From contig NC_087251.1 in NCBI RefSeq assembly GCF_037042905.1, forward strand, positions 46,998,001-47,062,000: 64,000 bases of DNA, in the 5' to 3' direction. This document shows, in pieces, positions 1 to 14,500 of this stretch. The position numbers and the translations under genes are program-made. The stretch comes from Lytechinus pictus. Lineage: Eukaryota. Below the pieces are notes generated by a model. That model ran no database searches and was not told the DNA's origin. It worked only from the letters and a program-made list of their open reading frames with translations. Each line of letters starts with the position of its first letter. Position 1 is the stretch's first letter.

Positions 1-161
1 CTGGTTCCAGTTAGGATTTCCAGTTGCCCAACTGGTTTCAATTGGTTTCAACTGGAAATTGTTATATTCCAGTTAAAACCAATTGAAACCAGTTGAAACC
101 AATTGAAACCAATTGAAACCAATTGGAAATCCAACTGGTTTCAATTGGATTTTGGTCCTGG
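1..161. repeat. End of a foldback-like element built from 10-mer repeats (ccaattgaaa / tttcaattgg)
   Basis: Tandem and inverted copies of CCAATTGAAA/CCAGTTGAAA; truncated by the window edge. Confidence 0.5.
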
Positions 162-164
162 GTA

Positions 165-2198
165 GTGTAAAAGCAGTTGGTCTACTAATCAGATAGGCTA
201 ATACACCACATGGGTTAAGTCTTGGTGTAAAAGTAGTTGGTCTACTTATCAGATACATGTAGTCTAACACACCACATGGGTCAAATCTTGGTGTAAAAGT
301 AGTTGGTCTACTTATCAGATAGGCTAATACACCACATGGGTTAAATCTTGGTTTAAAAGTAGTTGGTCTACTTATCAGATAGTCTAATACACCACATGGG
401 TTAAATATTGGTGTAAAAGTAGTTAGTCTACTTATCAGATAGTCTAACACACCACATGGGTTAAATCTTGGTGTAAAAGTAGTTGGCCTACTTATCAGAT
501 AGGCTAATACACCACATGGGTCAAATCTTGGTGTAAATTGAGTTGGTCTACTTATCAGATAGGCCAATACACCACATGGGTCAAATCTTGGTGTAAAAGT
601 AGTTTGTCTACTTATCAGATAGTCTAACACACCACATGGGTTAAATCTTGGTGTAAAAGCAGTTAGTCTACTTTTCAGATATTCTAACACACCACATGAG
701 TTAAATCTTGGTGTAAAAGTAGTTGGCCTACTTATCAGATAGGCTAATACACCACATGGGTCAAATCTTGGTGTAAATGCATTTAGTCTACTTATCAGAT
801 ATTCTAACACACCACATGGGTTAAATCTTGGTGTAAAAGGAGTTGGTCTACTTATCAGATAGGCTAATACACCACATGGGTTAAATCTTGGTGTAAAAGC
901 AGTTAGTCTACTTATCAGATATTCTAACACACCACATGAGTTAAATCTTGGTGTAAAAGTAGTTGGCCTACTTATCAGATAGGCTAATACACCACATGGG
1001 TCAAATCTTGGTGTAAATGCATTTAGTCTACTTATCAGATATTCTAACACACCACATGGGTTAAATCTTGGTGTAAAAGGAGTTGGTCTACTTATCAGAT
1101 AGGCTAATACACCACATGGGTCAAATTTTGGTGTAAATGCAGTTGGTCTACTTATCAGATAATCTAACACACCACATGGGTCAAATCTTGGTGTAAAAGC
1201 AGTTGGTCTACTTATCAGATAGGCTAATACACCACATGGGTCAAATCTTGGTGTAAAGTAGTTGGTCTACTTATCAGATAGTCTAATAAACCACATGGGT
1301 CAATTCTTGGTGTAAAGTAGTTGGTCTACTTATCAGATAGTCTAATACACCATATGGGTTAAATCTTGGTGTAAAAGCATTTGGTTTACCTATCAGATAG
1401 TCTAATACACCACATGGGTTAAATCTTGGTGTAAATGCAGTTGGTCTACTTATCGGATAGGCTAATACACCACATGGGTTAAATCTTGGTGTAAATGCAG
1501 TTGGTCTACTTATCACATAGGCTAATACACCACATGGGTCAAATATTGGTGTAAAAGCAGTTGGTCTACTTATCAGATAGTCTAACACACCACATGGGTA
1601 AAATCTTGGTGTAAAAGTAGTTGGTCTATTAATCAGATAGTCTAATACACCACATGGGTTAAATCTTGGTGTAAAAGTAGTTGGTCTACTTATCAGATAG
1701 GCTAATACACCACATGGGTTAAATCTTGGTGTAAAAGTAGTTGGTCTACTTATCAGATAGGCTAATACACCACATGGGTTAAATCTTGGTGTAAATGCAG
1801 TTGGTCTACTTATCAGATAGGCTAATACACCACATGGGTTAAATCTTGGTGTAAAAGCAGTTGGTCTACTTAGTCCAATACACCACATGGGTTAAATCTT
1901 GGTGTAAAAGTAGTTGGTCTACTTATCAGATAGGCTAATACACCACATGGGTTAAATCTTGGTGTAAAAGTAGTTGGTCTACTTATCAGATAGGCTAATA
2001 CACCACATGGGTTAAATCTTGGTGTAAATGCAGTTGGTCTACTTATCAGATAGTCTAATACACCACATGGATTAACTCTTGGTGTAAAAGTAGTTGGTCT
2101 ACTTATCAGATAGGCTAATACACCACATGGGTTAAATCTTGGTGTAAAAGTAGTTGGTCTACTTATCAGATAGGCTAATACACCACATGGGTTAAATC
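165..2198. repeat. 60-bp tandem repeat array (about 34 copies)
   Basis: Unit ggtgtaaaagtagttggtctacttatcagataggctaatacaccacatgggttaaatctt; columns line up in the 60-nt rows; source of the 20-aa-repeat ORFs 73..1170 and 1283..1888. Confidence 0.97.
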
Positions 2199-5100
2199 CA
2201 TTTGTCTCAGATCAATTTGGTCTCCTAGTAATTGCATTTGGATTTAAACTATACTTGGTCTAATACAGTTTAGTCTAATGCCCAGATGGTCTTATCATTA
2301 TTATTATTTTTATAATTCATTATTTATTATTATCATTATCATTATTAAAAAGAAAGATTGATTCTTAAGCAGTTCATCTAACCATATAGACTAAGTGGTA
2401 CTGTATAAAAACATGTTGATATTCGATGAAATGGGCTAAGCCTATCTGGAAATTTGACAAAATAGTTAGTATACTGGCAGTAGATGAAATATGAGACCAA
2501 ATGGAGAGTAGACCAAGAGGGTGTAGACCAACTGGCAATTTATCTTGCACACTGCAAAAAACCACAAGCTTTCAGTATACAATGTACCTAAAGAAGATAT
2601 AGAGCTATGTATGTATTCATCACTTGAGAAGAAGAGGAAAAAAATTAACAAGATAATGTGATTGAAATAGCAAGAGCAAAGGACATATAATTCAATTTTT
2701 CTATCATGTTCACGAATTTTAGCTTTTCTGTTTTAAAGCTGATCCTGTTGCCTGAAAATTCCTCAAGCAATCATTTTTCATGCAGGGCAGATTTTTCTTC
2801 ATGCTTAAAAATATACCAATAAGGCCTGACTTGAGAATTTGCCTGAAAATTCGGGGCATATTTCTATTTTTGTTTACATACAGTATATCTATATATCGGT
2901 TTGGTACACTTAAAGAGGTTTGATGATGAATTTTTATGTGTCGTCCTCCAACTTTCTTCTGGGCTTCCAAGGAGCAAATCATTATAACCCCCCCCCCCAT
3001 AATTTCATGACAACCTTCATGCAGCCCTAGACTAAAGAAATACATCAATATTTTCATTTCATTTTCACTTTATTGCAACTTGTTCCATTTACATATTAAA
3101 ACAAAGAAAATGAAAAAATAGAGTACAAAGAACAAACTTGTATTTTCTATTACATAATGATTTTAGAAGGTTGCAGGGGTTACCACTATAAGCTAAGCTT
3201 GACTGCATGGCAACCCCTGAAAACAATTACAAATTATATTTAATAAAATTATCTTAATGTAAAAGTGCAGGTGCATAATAGGGGGGGGGGGCGCTGAGGA
3301 GGGAGCATAATGATGAATAAATTCATAAAAAACAAGATGCAATTACTAAAAAATAAAAATATATTCTTTCATGAAATTCAAATCATGAATAATGTGTCCT
3401 TTGAAAAAAACAAGGTCATACATTCTTACAAAAAATATCTTGAATTCCTGTCACTACTACATTTTTATAACATTTTTCCTGGAGAAAATTGTAAACAGGA
3501 AGTTGGACACAACAACAGTCACTTTGCTTCCTAATGTGTGAAGTGAGTGAGGAAAGGAACACAATGACAGACTGGAAACTATGTCTTTGGCAATGAACTG
3601 AACAACAGATTATTAGTGAATTAACAAACAGGGGGTGAGTCTGACAGACAGTGATTTCCACTGACAACTGTTATAAGCTACTGAAATCCTTGCATCTGAT
3701 TGGCTGAGAGTGAGTTTGTCATTGACTATTGGTTTCATGAAAGGCTCCCCAGGTAAATCTGGCATCAGGTGAGTTGGCACATCTAGTGGAGTGGATGACT
3801 AGGGCTGGTAAATATTTTGGCTAACCTTGGCATATTGAACTTGTGTTAAGGAAGTAATTACATATGTAGAGTGTAATAAGGGATATAAGAAAGTAGGGTT
3901 CACTTAAGTTATGTTCTTTTTAGGAGGATGGTTTTCACATTATGAGCGTAAGTTATAAGAGTTTTTTGATTGGAGGATGCAAAATGGATTCTTTTAATCA
4001 AGGACTTCCTCACATGAGGTTACAAAGTGAAAGTTTAACCAAGATCTATTCAGTATCTCTATACTAAAGACAATTTGCACATTTCATAATACATGCACGC
4101 AATTTACGCCAGTATAGTGACGTCTTTCATACACATTAATCCTGAGTGATTGCTTGACAACGGTATAATCAACAACTTACATCAAACACTGTTTCTATTT
4201 CGAAGTGATTACAAAACTCATTCAAACACGGTAGTTTTTTTGTGGGATTTTGTAGTTCTCTGCCTACAGATTAATATTTTTTCCCCCTGCAGTTGAGATT
4301 CACTTTCATAATATTTCTTAACCTTTTTCTTGCTCAATTGCAGTGTGTGGTATCTAGGTCGAAATTGCTGACCCACGAGGAAAGGTAGGTCTATCGTGAT
4401 AATGAGCGTTGGTGGCATAAAAGTATGTGCATAAATCATAGGATAGCAACATATTTTCCTACCTGGCCATCAAAGAGTTTAGTTTAAAAACAAAACCATA
4501 ATTCCTCCCACGACGAGGTGTTTACCATCATTCACGACATTGACAGCATTGAGAAAATATGTAATATGTAATTCAACTCTAAAAATATACTCAAAAAATT
4601 ATTTTCCACATGAATAATTTGGGCACAAATGAGTTTGGAACACAATTCAAATCAGTTTGAACTGAACTAATCTACCATCAAACTTGACTCTTCCTCCCAC
4701 TCAGATTGAATAGTCTCTGATCAAGAATTATCAATTTTTATGCTGTGATTTCCAAAAATATCAACTATTTACTTGCTACTTATACAGAGCTGCCATTCTT
4801 AGTCACCCCCCGGAATCAAAATGGCCGCCCTGAAAAGAGATTTTCCAACCCCTAAAATAATAATTTCCAAGGAAAAAAAAGGGAATATCAACACGAACCT
4901 TAAAAGCAGGCCTGCTGGCCTTTGGCACTTAATCAACATTACTGGTGGACATATGCACAACTAGAAAGCATGTACCAATTACACATACGGGGTATGTTAC
5001 ATTGCTAAAATGAGGAATGAAAAAAAGGGTATGTTTTGAGAAAAGAGGCAAAAATCAATGTAAAAGGGTAATAAGACTTCATGAAGTTTAATAATTTTGC

Positions 5101-5406
5101 ATTTAAAAAATCTTTACCCCATATTGGTCTGGATATTCCAAAGGTATAAAATTCCTTGATTATAGGGTCCCATCTTATGAGGTTTACTTTTCATGGACTA
5201 CAATGTACGCAGAAAACATGCAAATCCATTGATAGGGCATCATTCTGTCAAAAAAAAATTAAATTGTAGGGTTTGTGTTTGAAAAACCTGTGTTTATGAG
5301 TGTGTACAGCTATATAGGCAAGAGTGCCCCCCCCCCCCGATATATTGTGCATCATGTGTGAATGAAACCATGAACCGGAGGAGAGGGTCAAAGGTCATAT
5401 CCTTAC

Positions 5407-5553
5407 CTCTGTCAAGACCGTTTCTTGGGCACTTTTTTGAGGCATCCAGGAGGAGGAGGAGGACGAGACCAGATTGAAGTCATCCGATGGGATCTTGCTC
5501 CCATCCTCATCATCACCCTCGCAAGGAAATTGACCCTGGCTGCCGACGGCACT
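5407..5553 (-). CDS. TOP6BL: TOP6BL coding exon 14 (acidic/Ser-rich linker SAVGSQ...VLTE)
   Basis: gtcccacag| ... GAG|gtaagg; 147 nt, phase 0-0; low complexity, so no homology support. Confidence 0.7.
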
Positions 5554-8500
5554 CTGTGGGACGGTAAACAGGGAAGAGCCAAGATCCAACCAAAGTCTTC
5601 GAAACAGATGCTTGTACCCCCCCCCCCCATTAACTAAACACACATTGTGAAATATGATGAAGCACTGGGGATGAATCAAAGTGAATAATAAAGGGAGTAT
5701 CCGATGGTGATAAAAACTGTCGGAGAGAGGAAAAGCATCCTCAGTGAAAGAGTACTTAAAAGGGATAAAATTCAATAGTAAAAGCAGTCAACATTAAAAA
5801 TTCAATAGTATAATTCTCGGGAAGTAACGGATACGAGCATGTTTGCTCCCCTCCTAGAACTATCTACAAACATGATTACAAAAATGCAGAATTATTCCAT
5901 CGGTGATGTGCATTGAGCTAAGATGCATCTCCTGCAATTTTCAACTTTTAACAATTGTTAAATTTTTACAAGATTGACACTGAAATGCAAGTATTTTTAT
6001 GCGTCACTAACATCACTTGCAAAGCTGGATTCATATACTGAAAGAAGTTATCTTTTAATTTTGAAAATCATGGAAAACGTTACCATTTGCCTTTAATAAT
6101 GATGTGAAGTCTTTCTTTTTACCAAGTATTTGAAACTCCCAATAAACATCTAAACTAATGTGAAAATTTGAGAGAACCAACCTGAGAATGAAAATTCCTG
6201 TATTGACCGTTGGGCCTTTCACACAGCACCTTGAGGTGGTCAGATAATCGGTCGGTCAGTTCCATGCATGTATCGGCCTGAATGGAACAAAATATTAACA
6301 TATATATCAACTCAATGGCTTGACTTTTCAGAACAAGATACAGCAAAATAAGTGAAATTACTTTTATCTATCAGCTTTAACATCATTGTTAACAAAATCG
6401 TCATAATTTACAGCACCATTATCATTATTTTCATCATCACCAAGACAATCATTATCATCATCATCTTCATCCTCCATCTCCTGATGTTTATCATTATCCT
6501 CCTCCTCATCACCAACACCACCACAGTCCTAGTACATACCTGCAAAGCATCGAAACACCTTCGTCTAAATGTATCATTTGCACTGTGGCTAATGATCTTA
6601 TGGATAGATGATTTGATGGAAGGCACTGCAGATTTCATAATAGCTTCTCTCTGTAACAATGACAAAAAAAAATCAAGAATTGTTGTTAAAAAAACAAGTA
6701 TTATCAAATACCCATGATAGGATATTCTATCCCTCTTATGAACATTCATGAGTGTGATAAACGATTGGTCAATTAGTGATCATGTGACAAAGTATAATTC
6801 CAATAGGAAAAACATCGCTGCAAATAGCTCTGTACAGTTTTCTTCCAGCTCCGTATATTTTTTGATATACTTTCATGGGGAGAACTGCGCATGCTCACGC
6901 TCGATATGTTCTCTCAACGTTAAAATGCGCATACTCCCTGACTTGACCGTATCATCGATCCAGATCTTGCTCAAATTATTTACCGACAATCTGAAAAGTC
7001 AGTGTAGAATTAGGTCTAGATTATCATGCGGGAAATATAATTCCATGACGGCAATTCATACAGGACACATAGATTAATGGTGAATTAGCCTACTATTAGG
7101 CGAGTCAAAGTCCAATACGAGTCTTAAAAATATGTTAGCCTGCGCAATTACAAAATTATCTTGAGACTGAGTGCAACTGCAGCGTACCTCTCATTAACTG
7201 CAGTCGGGTACCGCGCGCAGCCTACCCAGGGACTGGCTAGCATTAGCTCGACAGGCCTAAGACTACTTAGGAATAGGTCCGGCAACGTTAGAATTGGTCT
7301 AAATTGGTGGCAAATCAGCAAGGACTAGGTCTACAAGTTAAAGAGGGATAAAAAACAAATATATCAGGCGTTTCTTTCGAAAGCATAGTGGTAATTATTA
7401 ATCTTTGGTTGGACTGGCAATGTAACTATTTTTCCCTCGGGAAAAATAGTGATTGCCAGTCTAACCTCGGATAATTCCCACTATACTTTCTCAAAGCCTG
7501 ATATATTTGTATACTATATAAAGTGTTCAGTCAGAATAGTTTCAAAATAGTTTTTCAGAATGCTTCAATATTGTCAACTGGGTGATAGAACACCTGAAGC
7601 TCTTTTTTTTTCAAGAAAATTTCAGATTTTCTATCATTTTCTATGTTAAATCTGTTTATTGTACATATTGTTTTTTTTGTTTTATTCTCTCTCTCTTATT
7701 TCCTTTATTCCCTTCTTCCTTCTTTCAAATCATATTATTCTTCCTCTAATATATCTTCCCTTCTCTCTCCAATTACTAATATCAGTTCACCTATATTTTA
7801 TCAGATTAGTTAGCACAATTGATATGTTCAATATAGTTAATATTGCATTATATGCTGTACAAATTTTGTAAGATTATTCATAATTCAGCAAGTTGACTGC
7901 AACAATTATTATTTCAATAAATACCATTATTAATATCATTAAGTCATCAGTGTTCTAGAAACATATACTTCTAGTGGTAAAATATGGTGCCACATTTTGC
8001 AACGAATAGAATAACATAATAAACAACAGATTATTTTTAGAGGTTAAAATGGGCTTAAAATGTCGCTGGAGCAAACATCTAGTCATTGTTCTCACACCTA
8101 TTGACAGAGTCTATTTGTGATCTATATTTAAAACGGCAGAATAATGGCAATATTCTCATATTTCACGAGCAAGCCTAAAGGAGATGTGCTTGTCCATCAA
8201 CAACTATTATCAAAATTGACAAAAGCATATTTCTCACAGTCATCCAAGAGGATATCTTACAATTTCCATCCTCATGATTGAAAAATAATTTACTTCCTCA
8301 CCGAGTCTCTCTCTCTCTCCCTTTTCTCTCTCTGTAAAGAAATAATGAAGTTTCATAATTTCTTTTTTTTAAACAATTTTCTCAATTTGTTTTATCTCCA
8401 GGCAATGGGGTAAGTGACAACATCAACGGTACAGCTTTTAAAATAGAATTTAAAAAAATGTGGTCTTGCACCTAAATAAATCAGGTATTTGCTTGAAAAT

Positions 8501-11500
8501 TGTTATATATTTGCATATCTATGATGATAACCCAGATAATGCATGTATTCACATGCACTTGGTCTTTTTTCTAAATATCTTCAAAGAACACTAAAGTTTA
8601 TAACTGGTCTACTATGTATATCATATGTTCTATTACTGTCATTTTTTCCAAATCTAACTTGGTCGAATACCGCTTAGTCTAACTGTTGTTCTATCATTCT
8701 GTCACATGATCAATTGGTCAAGTTGCAACTTTATCTCCATAACGTATATCATCTTATCTAATGACTATTAAGTCTATTATCAGTATGTCTACTCCAGTGG
8801 ACTTTAGAGGATATTGTTGTAGCCCTTGTTATATGTAAATGTAACTGTAAATGGTGTGGCGATTAGTAGACTAAAAAGGTTTTTAATAATCTGGTCATAG
8901 ATGGGATCAGACCAAGTGGGAGGACACCAAACTGGCATTTTAGAATTGGAAATAATGCAGTAGATTTGGTCGGTCTGGGGTCAGTTTTGCCACTGTGACT
9001 GGGCATTAGGGTTGTGATAAGAGGTTTGGAAATATTGTAAGGATAAAGGCGACCGCACACCTTACGATTGGTCTGCGACTCAATTTTGGAATAAAACGTA
9101 GTAGAATTTGAAGCTAATATTGAGACTTGGAATATCTTACTGTGTAATGTTCGAAATCATCTTACAAATACCTATGTTCAAATCTGTGACTATGCTATCA
9201 TCCTTCTTAGAATAAAAGCATATTTAATATCTAATCGTAATGACGTCATAGCAGTCGTACGATTGTCTACGATTTGAAACTTATTTGGCCTTTACTCCAA
9301 AATAAAGGCTTGCAATCTTTCAAAATGGTTATATTAGTATTCTTCCAATTAATTTTAACCTCAAATAAAATGATATGTTCCATTCACATTTTCAGAAAAT
9401 GAGCAAAATGTGATTTGTTCCAAAATCGGATAGTGAACAGTTGTAAGGTGTGAGGTGGCCTTAAGGGAGTGTTTTGTTCGGCTAATATATGCATGTATAT
9501 TTGGCATGGGAGCTTAACATGACAGAAAGGGTGCAAAGGTGGTACAAATCATGGAAAAGGCTACATTTCTAGAGTGTGATATTTTTGTTAAGAACAATTT
9601 CCCCCCATATTGGTCTGGGTTTTTCCTATGATCTGTGATTAGGGCTGGTGTTGCGTTTTGGCTAATAACATTCATGCTTGCATGGAAGCTTTGGTCATTG
9701 AAGCAAATGTCAGAGAATCACCGATGCCATCACAAGATTGCAAGAAACCTCAGACCGATGATTACTTCCTCCCATTGTTAATGGGTCCCCGAGGAGATAG
9801 GGGGCAGTGCAATCGCTAATTAGTCGAGGGCTTCAATTGTCTTGTTCCTCCTGACACAACCCACACCAAGAGCATGCCATGGGATCAAGAGGAAGCTGGT
9901 CTCATTGCCCCTCCCATCCCCAGAGAATTCCCCCTTCCTCTTTAGATTCTCCGAGGGATGCTTCAACTGTCAATCAGAGTGATGGATTCTGATTGTTGCA
10001 TAATTAAAAGCATCTTAATTGCAATGTTGTCCTTCGTGGAAAGTATATTTTATGCTCATCTTCATCATCATTAAACCTTATCATCATTAAAGTAACGGTT
10101 GAATTTCACACCACATCAGGTTATAATCTCCTAGCAAGTCATTATTTTGGTATACTTCTCACTTTGATCATTTGTATCTCCTTCCTTTCTACGGTAATTC
10201 AATTGATGCAGTTCATATGATATCAACTATGTAATTGTATACAATTCTGGGGGCTGTTTCATAAAGCTGTTCGTAAGTTAAAAGCGACTTTAAGAACGAC
10301 TGGTGATCCTTTCTTGTGGTAAATGATATTCACCATTTAATGTTCATTGGTAATTATTTAGCGCATAAGAAAGGATCACCAGTCGTTCTTAAAGTCGCTC
10401 TTAACTTACGAACAGCTTTATGAAACACCCACCTGGTCACTTAATCTTCAGCCCTTGAAGGTGGGCTGAATTTGAAACTCAATATCGTGATTCGGGGCCC
10501 TGTCTTACAAAGATTTGCAATGATTAAAATCAATCTCAACTTGCTATTGATCCAAATTTATTCAGTTAGGAGATGGTAGTTTCAAATCAATTGCAAATTG
10601 AGTTTGATTTGAATCTATCATATCACTATGTAAGACAGGGCTCTGATCAGTTTTATTTCCGGGTAAACTTATATCACATGGTAAAAATTAATTTTGTGTC
10701 AACACTTTGCTACTCCATTTCTCAAGAGAGAAAGAGAAAGAGAAAGAGAAAGGGAGAGAAAGAGAAAGAAACATAAAGGGGGGGGGGTAGGAATTAGGAT
10801 GAGGTGAAACAGGGAATAGGAAGAATTGACTCACACAACTTGGCAACATATTATTACAGGGTGGGGGGGGGGGCAAAACAAACTTTGCGAATGTATATAT
10901 TGGAGAGCAATTTACCATCACACATCACAAACACACGATATCCAACAAACAACCAGACCACAATAATAGCCAAATACAAACAAAAGGCAGTCGTCAACAG
11001 CACTCGCTGCAGACCAGTTGCAAATGTAGGATAACTTGATTATGCATGATCGTAATCCCACCGCTGCCACCGCGCGAGCCCAGTCTACAATGATACATCG
11101 GAAGTTATGATTGTCAGGTCAGGAAACAGGAAGCAAACTGCCTGCCAATATCTTGGGATTCATATAACCTTGGCATTACACAGGACCCGTCAGCATCCTT
11201 CATCTCATCATGACCACAGAGAGAGATAGAGACAGAGTGAGGTTAAAAAAGGGATGAAAAATTGTCAGTCATAGATAAAAAATTGCCGAAATCCTCCAAA
11301 GTTTTCGAGATAGAAAATTGCCCTGCCTTTATTGATTTCCAGCTCTGTCTTCATGCGCGAACGCCGCCTAATCAGTCTCAGGATATGGATCAATTGCATC
11401 GCACTTGCACTTGAGAGAGAAATAAGGATCCCTAATTTTATCTCTATTACTGAGATTGCAGCTTAACTCATGGTACTTTAGTCCTGTCGAGATCCGCCGG

Positions 11501-14500
11501 CAGGGCATTGAAAGCATCCGTTCTACAGCTTGTCACCTCGAGCTGGTTAAAAAAAAACCTAACCCGATAGAAGGTTATCTGCTCATTTCCATTATCTCTG
11601 ATCAACTCACATCTTTTCTGGCCGGTCGAGATGAGCCGAGGAGCTTGGCCAACGTGTCATGGATAATCTTCTGGATCCTGGAGAGTTGTTGGGTGCAGAT
11701 GTGAGGAAACTCCTGCCGCACCCGATTCAAGAGATCTTGAGAGGAGGAGGAGGAGGAACCCATGTAAAGTGGAAAAGAAAGTGAAAGATAAACATACATA
11801 GAAAGGGGAACAAGACACAAGAAACAAGACAAACTTGTAAACCCAAGCATGTTGATATCACTTTATCTATATTGCTTTTCTTACTGGTGCCATTCTTCAA
11901 TTTCCATTGGCAATTTATGTTAATAAAACAAGGACTCGTGACAAACAGTCAAATTTCCAAAAGAAAATAGATCTAAGAAAACATAACAAATAGTCACCAC
12001 TCCAACAAATAAGAACAAAACCTTATTGATGGTGATGTTAGCCGGATTAATTTTTTAAAAATAAGACGAAAGAAAACTACTAGGCAAAAGGAAATACAAA
12101 TCCTGACATAAAAGTTGATTGCAACCAGTAGAGTGAAATTGAACTAGAAATTTGACGTGTCCAAAGGACTCAGATGCCCCCGCTTAACACGATCAGAAAT
12201 TCATTCAATATGATTGAATGCATACAAATTTAGACCTTTGAACCAACTTGCATATATAATGAGCTGTGACCTTTGACCTGCGGACTCCGAATTCGAACTG
12301 AGTCTGTATTTTGGTATCATCTACCTACACACCCAATTTTTAAAAATCTGTTGAATATTTCATAAGTTATGTGGAAACCAACTTGCATATTTAATGAACT
12401 GTGACCTTTGACCTGCAGACTCCAAATTCGAACATGGCTTGTATTTTGGTCTCATTTACCTACACACCAAAATTTTTCAAAATCCATTAAATATTTTTCA
12501 AGTTATTGCGTGGAAACCAATTTGCATATCTAATGAGCTGAGACCTTTGACCTGCAGAGTCCAAATTTGAACTTAGTCTGTATTTTGGCGTTATCTACCT
12601 ACACACCAAATTTTTAAAAAATCTATCAAATATTTTTCGAGTTATTGCGCGGAAACCAAGTGGGGGGACGGACGGACAGGGGCTACGTTTAATGCCCCCT
12701 CGGACTTCGTCTGCAGGGGCATAATAACCCAAATGGGATAAAATGTTTACAGATATTGCATGAATCTTTAGGTTAGAGAGATAATAGCCTTAAAACACAT
12801 TTTCTGAGCAAAAGGTAAAATGATATAAAATACAATAATATAAAATACAAGTAACAAATGTGAGCAATTAATGAAATTGCACACAACCTTATTCATTGAT
12901 TCATACACCCGTGTAAACTCTAACTTTAGGGGTTTTTTGTGTGTAACTTGTTCGATTTGACACATGTTCATTGAAATGAAATACATAACAGGATCATGCA
13001 AAAAAATTAATTTGCTATTTCAGGGGAAACTTTTCACAACACATTGCTTTATATCTGCATCACTGGATAAGCTTTAACATTAAAATGAATAGAGATTTTC
13101 CTGGGCTGTTTTGAGCATTTCAGGGGACCTGATCAGGATGAATATCCACTTGATGCTCCTGTCACAGTCACACCAACGAAACTGACTCCAAACCAATCAA
13201 AACCATTACACTATTTCAGCTGGGTTACCATTGGTTGGTTTGAAGTACATTTCATTGGTGTAACTGACTCCAAACCAATCAAAACCATTACACTATTTCA
13301 GCTGGGTGATCATTGGTTGGTCTGAAGTACATTTCATTGGTGTAACTGACTCCAAACCAATCAAAACCATTACACTATTTCAGCTGGGTTACCATTGGTT
13401 GGTTTGAAGTACATTTCATTGGTGTAACTGACTCCAAACCAATCAAAACCATTACACTATTTCAGCTGGGTGACCATTGGTTGGTTTGAAGTACATTTCA
13501 TTGGTGTAACTGACTCCAAACCAATCAAAACCATTACACTATTTCAGCTGGGTTACCATTGGTTGGTTTGAAGTACATTTCATTGGTGTAACTGACTCCA
13601 AACCAATCAAAACCATTACACTATTTCAGCTGGGTAACCATTGGTTGGTTTGAAGTACATTTCATTGGTGTAACTGACTCCAAACCAATCAAAACCATTA
13701 CACTATTTCAGCTGGGTGACCATTGGTTGGTTTGAAGTACATTTCATTGGTGTAACTGACTCCAAACCAATCAAAACCATTACACTATTTCAGCTGGGTG
13801 ACCATTGGTTGGTTTGAAGTACATTTCATTGGTGTAACTGACTCCAAACCAATCAAAACCATTACACTATTTCAGCTGGGTAACCATTGGTTGGTTTGAA
13901 GTACATTTCATTGGTGTAACTGACTCCAAACCAATCAAAACCATTACACTATTTCAGCTGGGTGACCATTGGTTGGTTTGAAGTACATTTCATTGGTGTA
14001 ACTGACTCCAAACCAATCAAAACCATTACACTATTTCAGCTGGGTGACCATTGGTTGGTTTGAAGTATGTTTCATTGGTGTAACTGAAGCATAACAGGAG
14101 CTCACCTAGCCTGTCCTGAACAGTCATTGTAGATCCCTTGAAGTTCTCCTTGAAGAGCAGGATCAGATGGATGATATGGAGAGGTTCGCTGGTGTTGGTA
14201 CGGCCATAGAAAGTGGTTTGGAGGTCCACTTTGAAGCAATCTACACACACAGAACAAAAATTAATATCATTATGGATAATATTTTTCAGGAACAACTCTT
14301 TTTCCCTACAAGGGTATTCCACACTGAAATTAATAAATTTTTCGAACTTGAAATGCTCAAAATCTTATTTTCAAACTGGTACAGCAAAAGAGACTTGAAG
14401 GTCTAAGCAAATCAGACAAGAGAAAAAAATGGTTGAATAAATTAACAGGAAAAATGCAAACTAGGTTTATTTGCAGGAACAAATCCTTTTATCTAAAGGG

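Noticed and set aside
73..1888. 365-aa and 201-aa repeat ORFs
   Set aside because: By-products of a 60-bp (multiple of 3) satellite; broken by 1-nt deletions near 1255-1320; no splice or start context
4218..4369. Alternative terminal exon QFRPRYHTLQ...TTVFE*
   Set aside because: Phase-compatible after a cag acceptor, but no resemblance to the TOP6BL tail; cannot be supported without cDNA
13181..14087. CRISPR-like array
   Set aside because: Units are contiguous and near-identical with no unique spacers; eukaryotic intron; no cas genes
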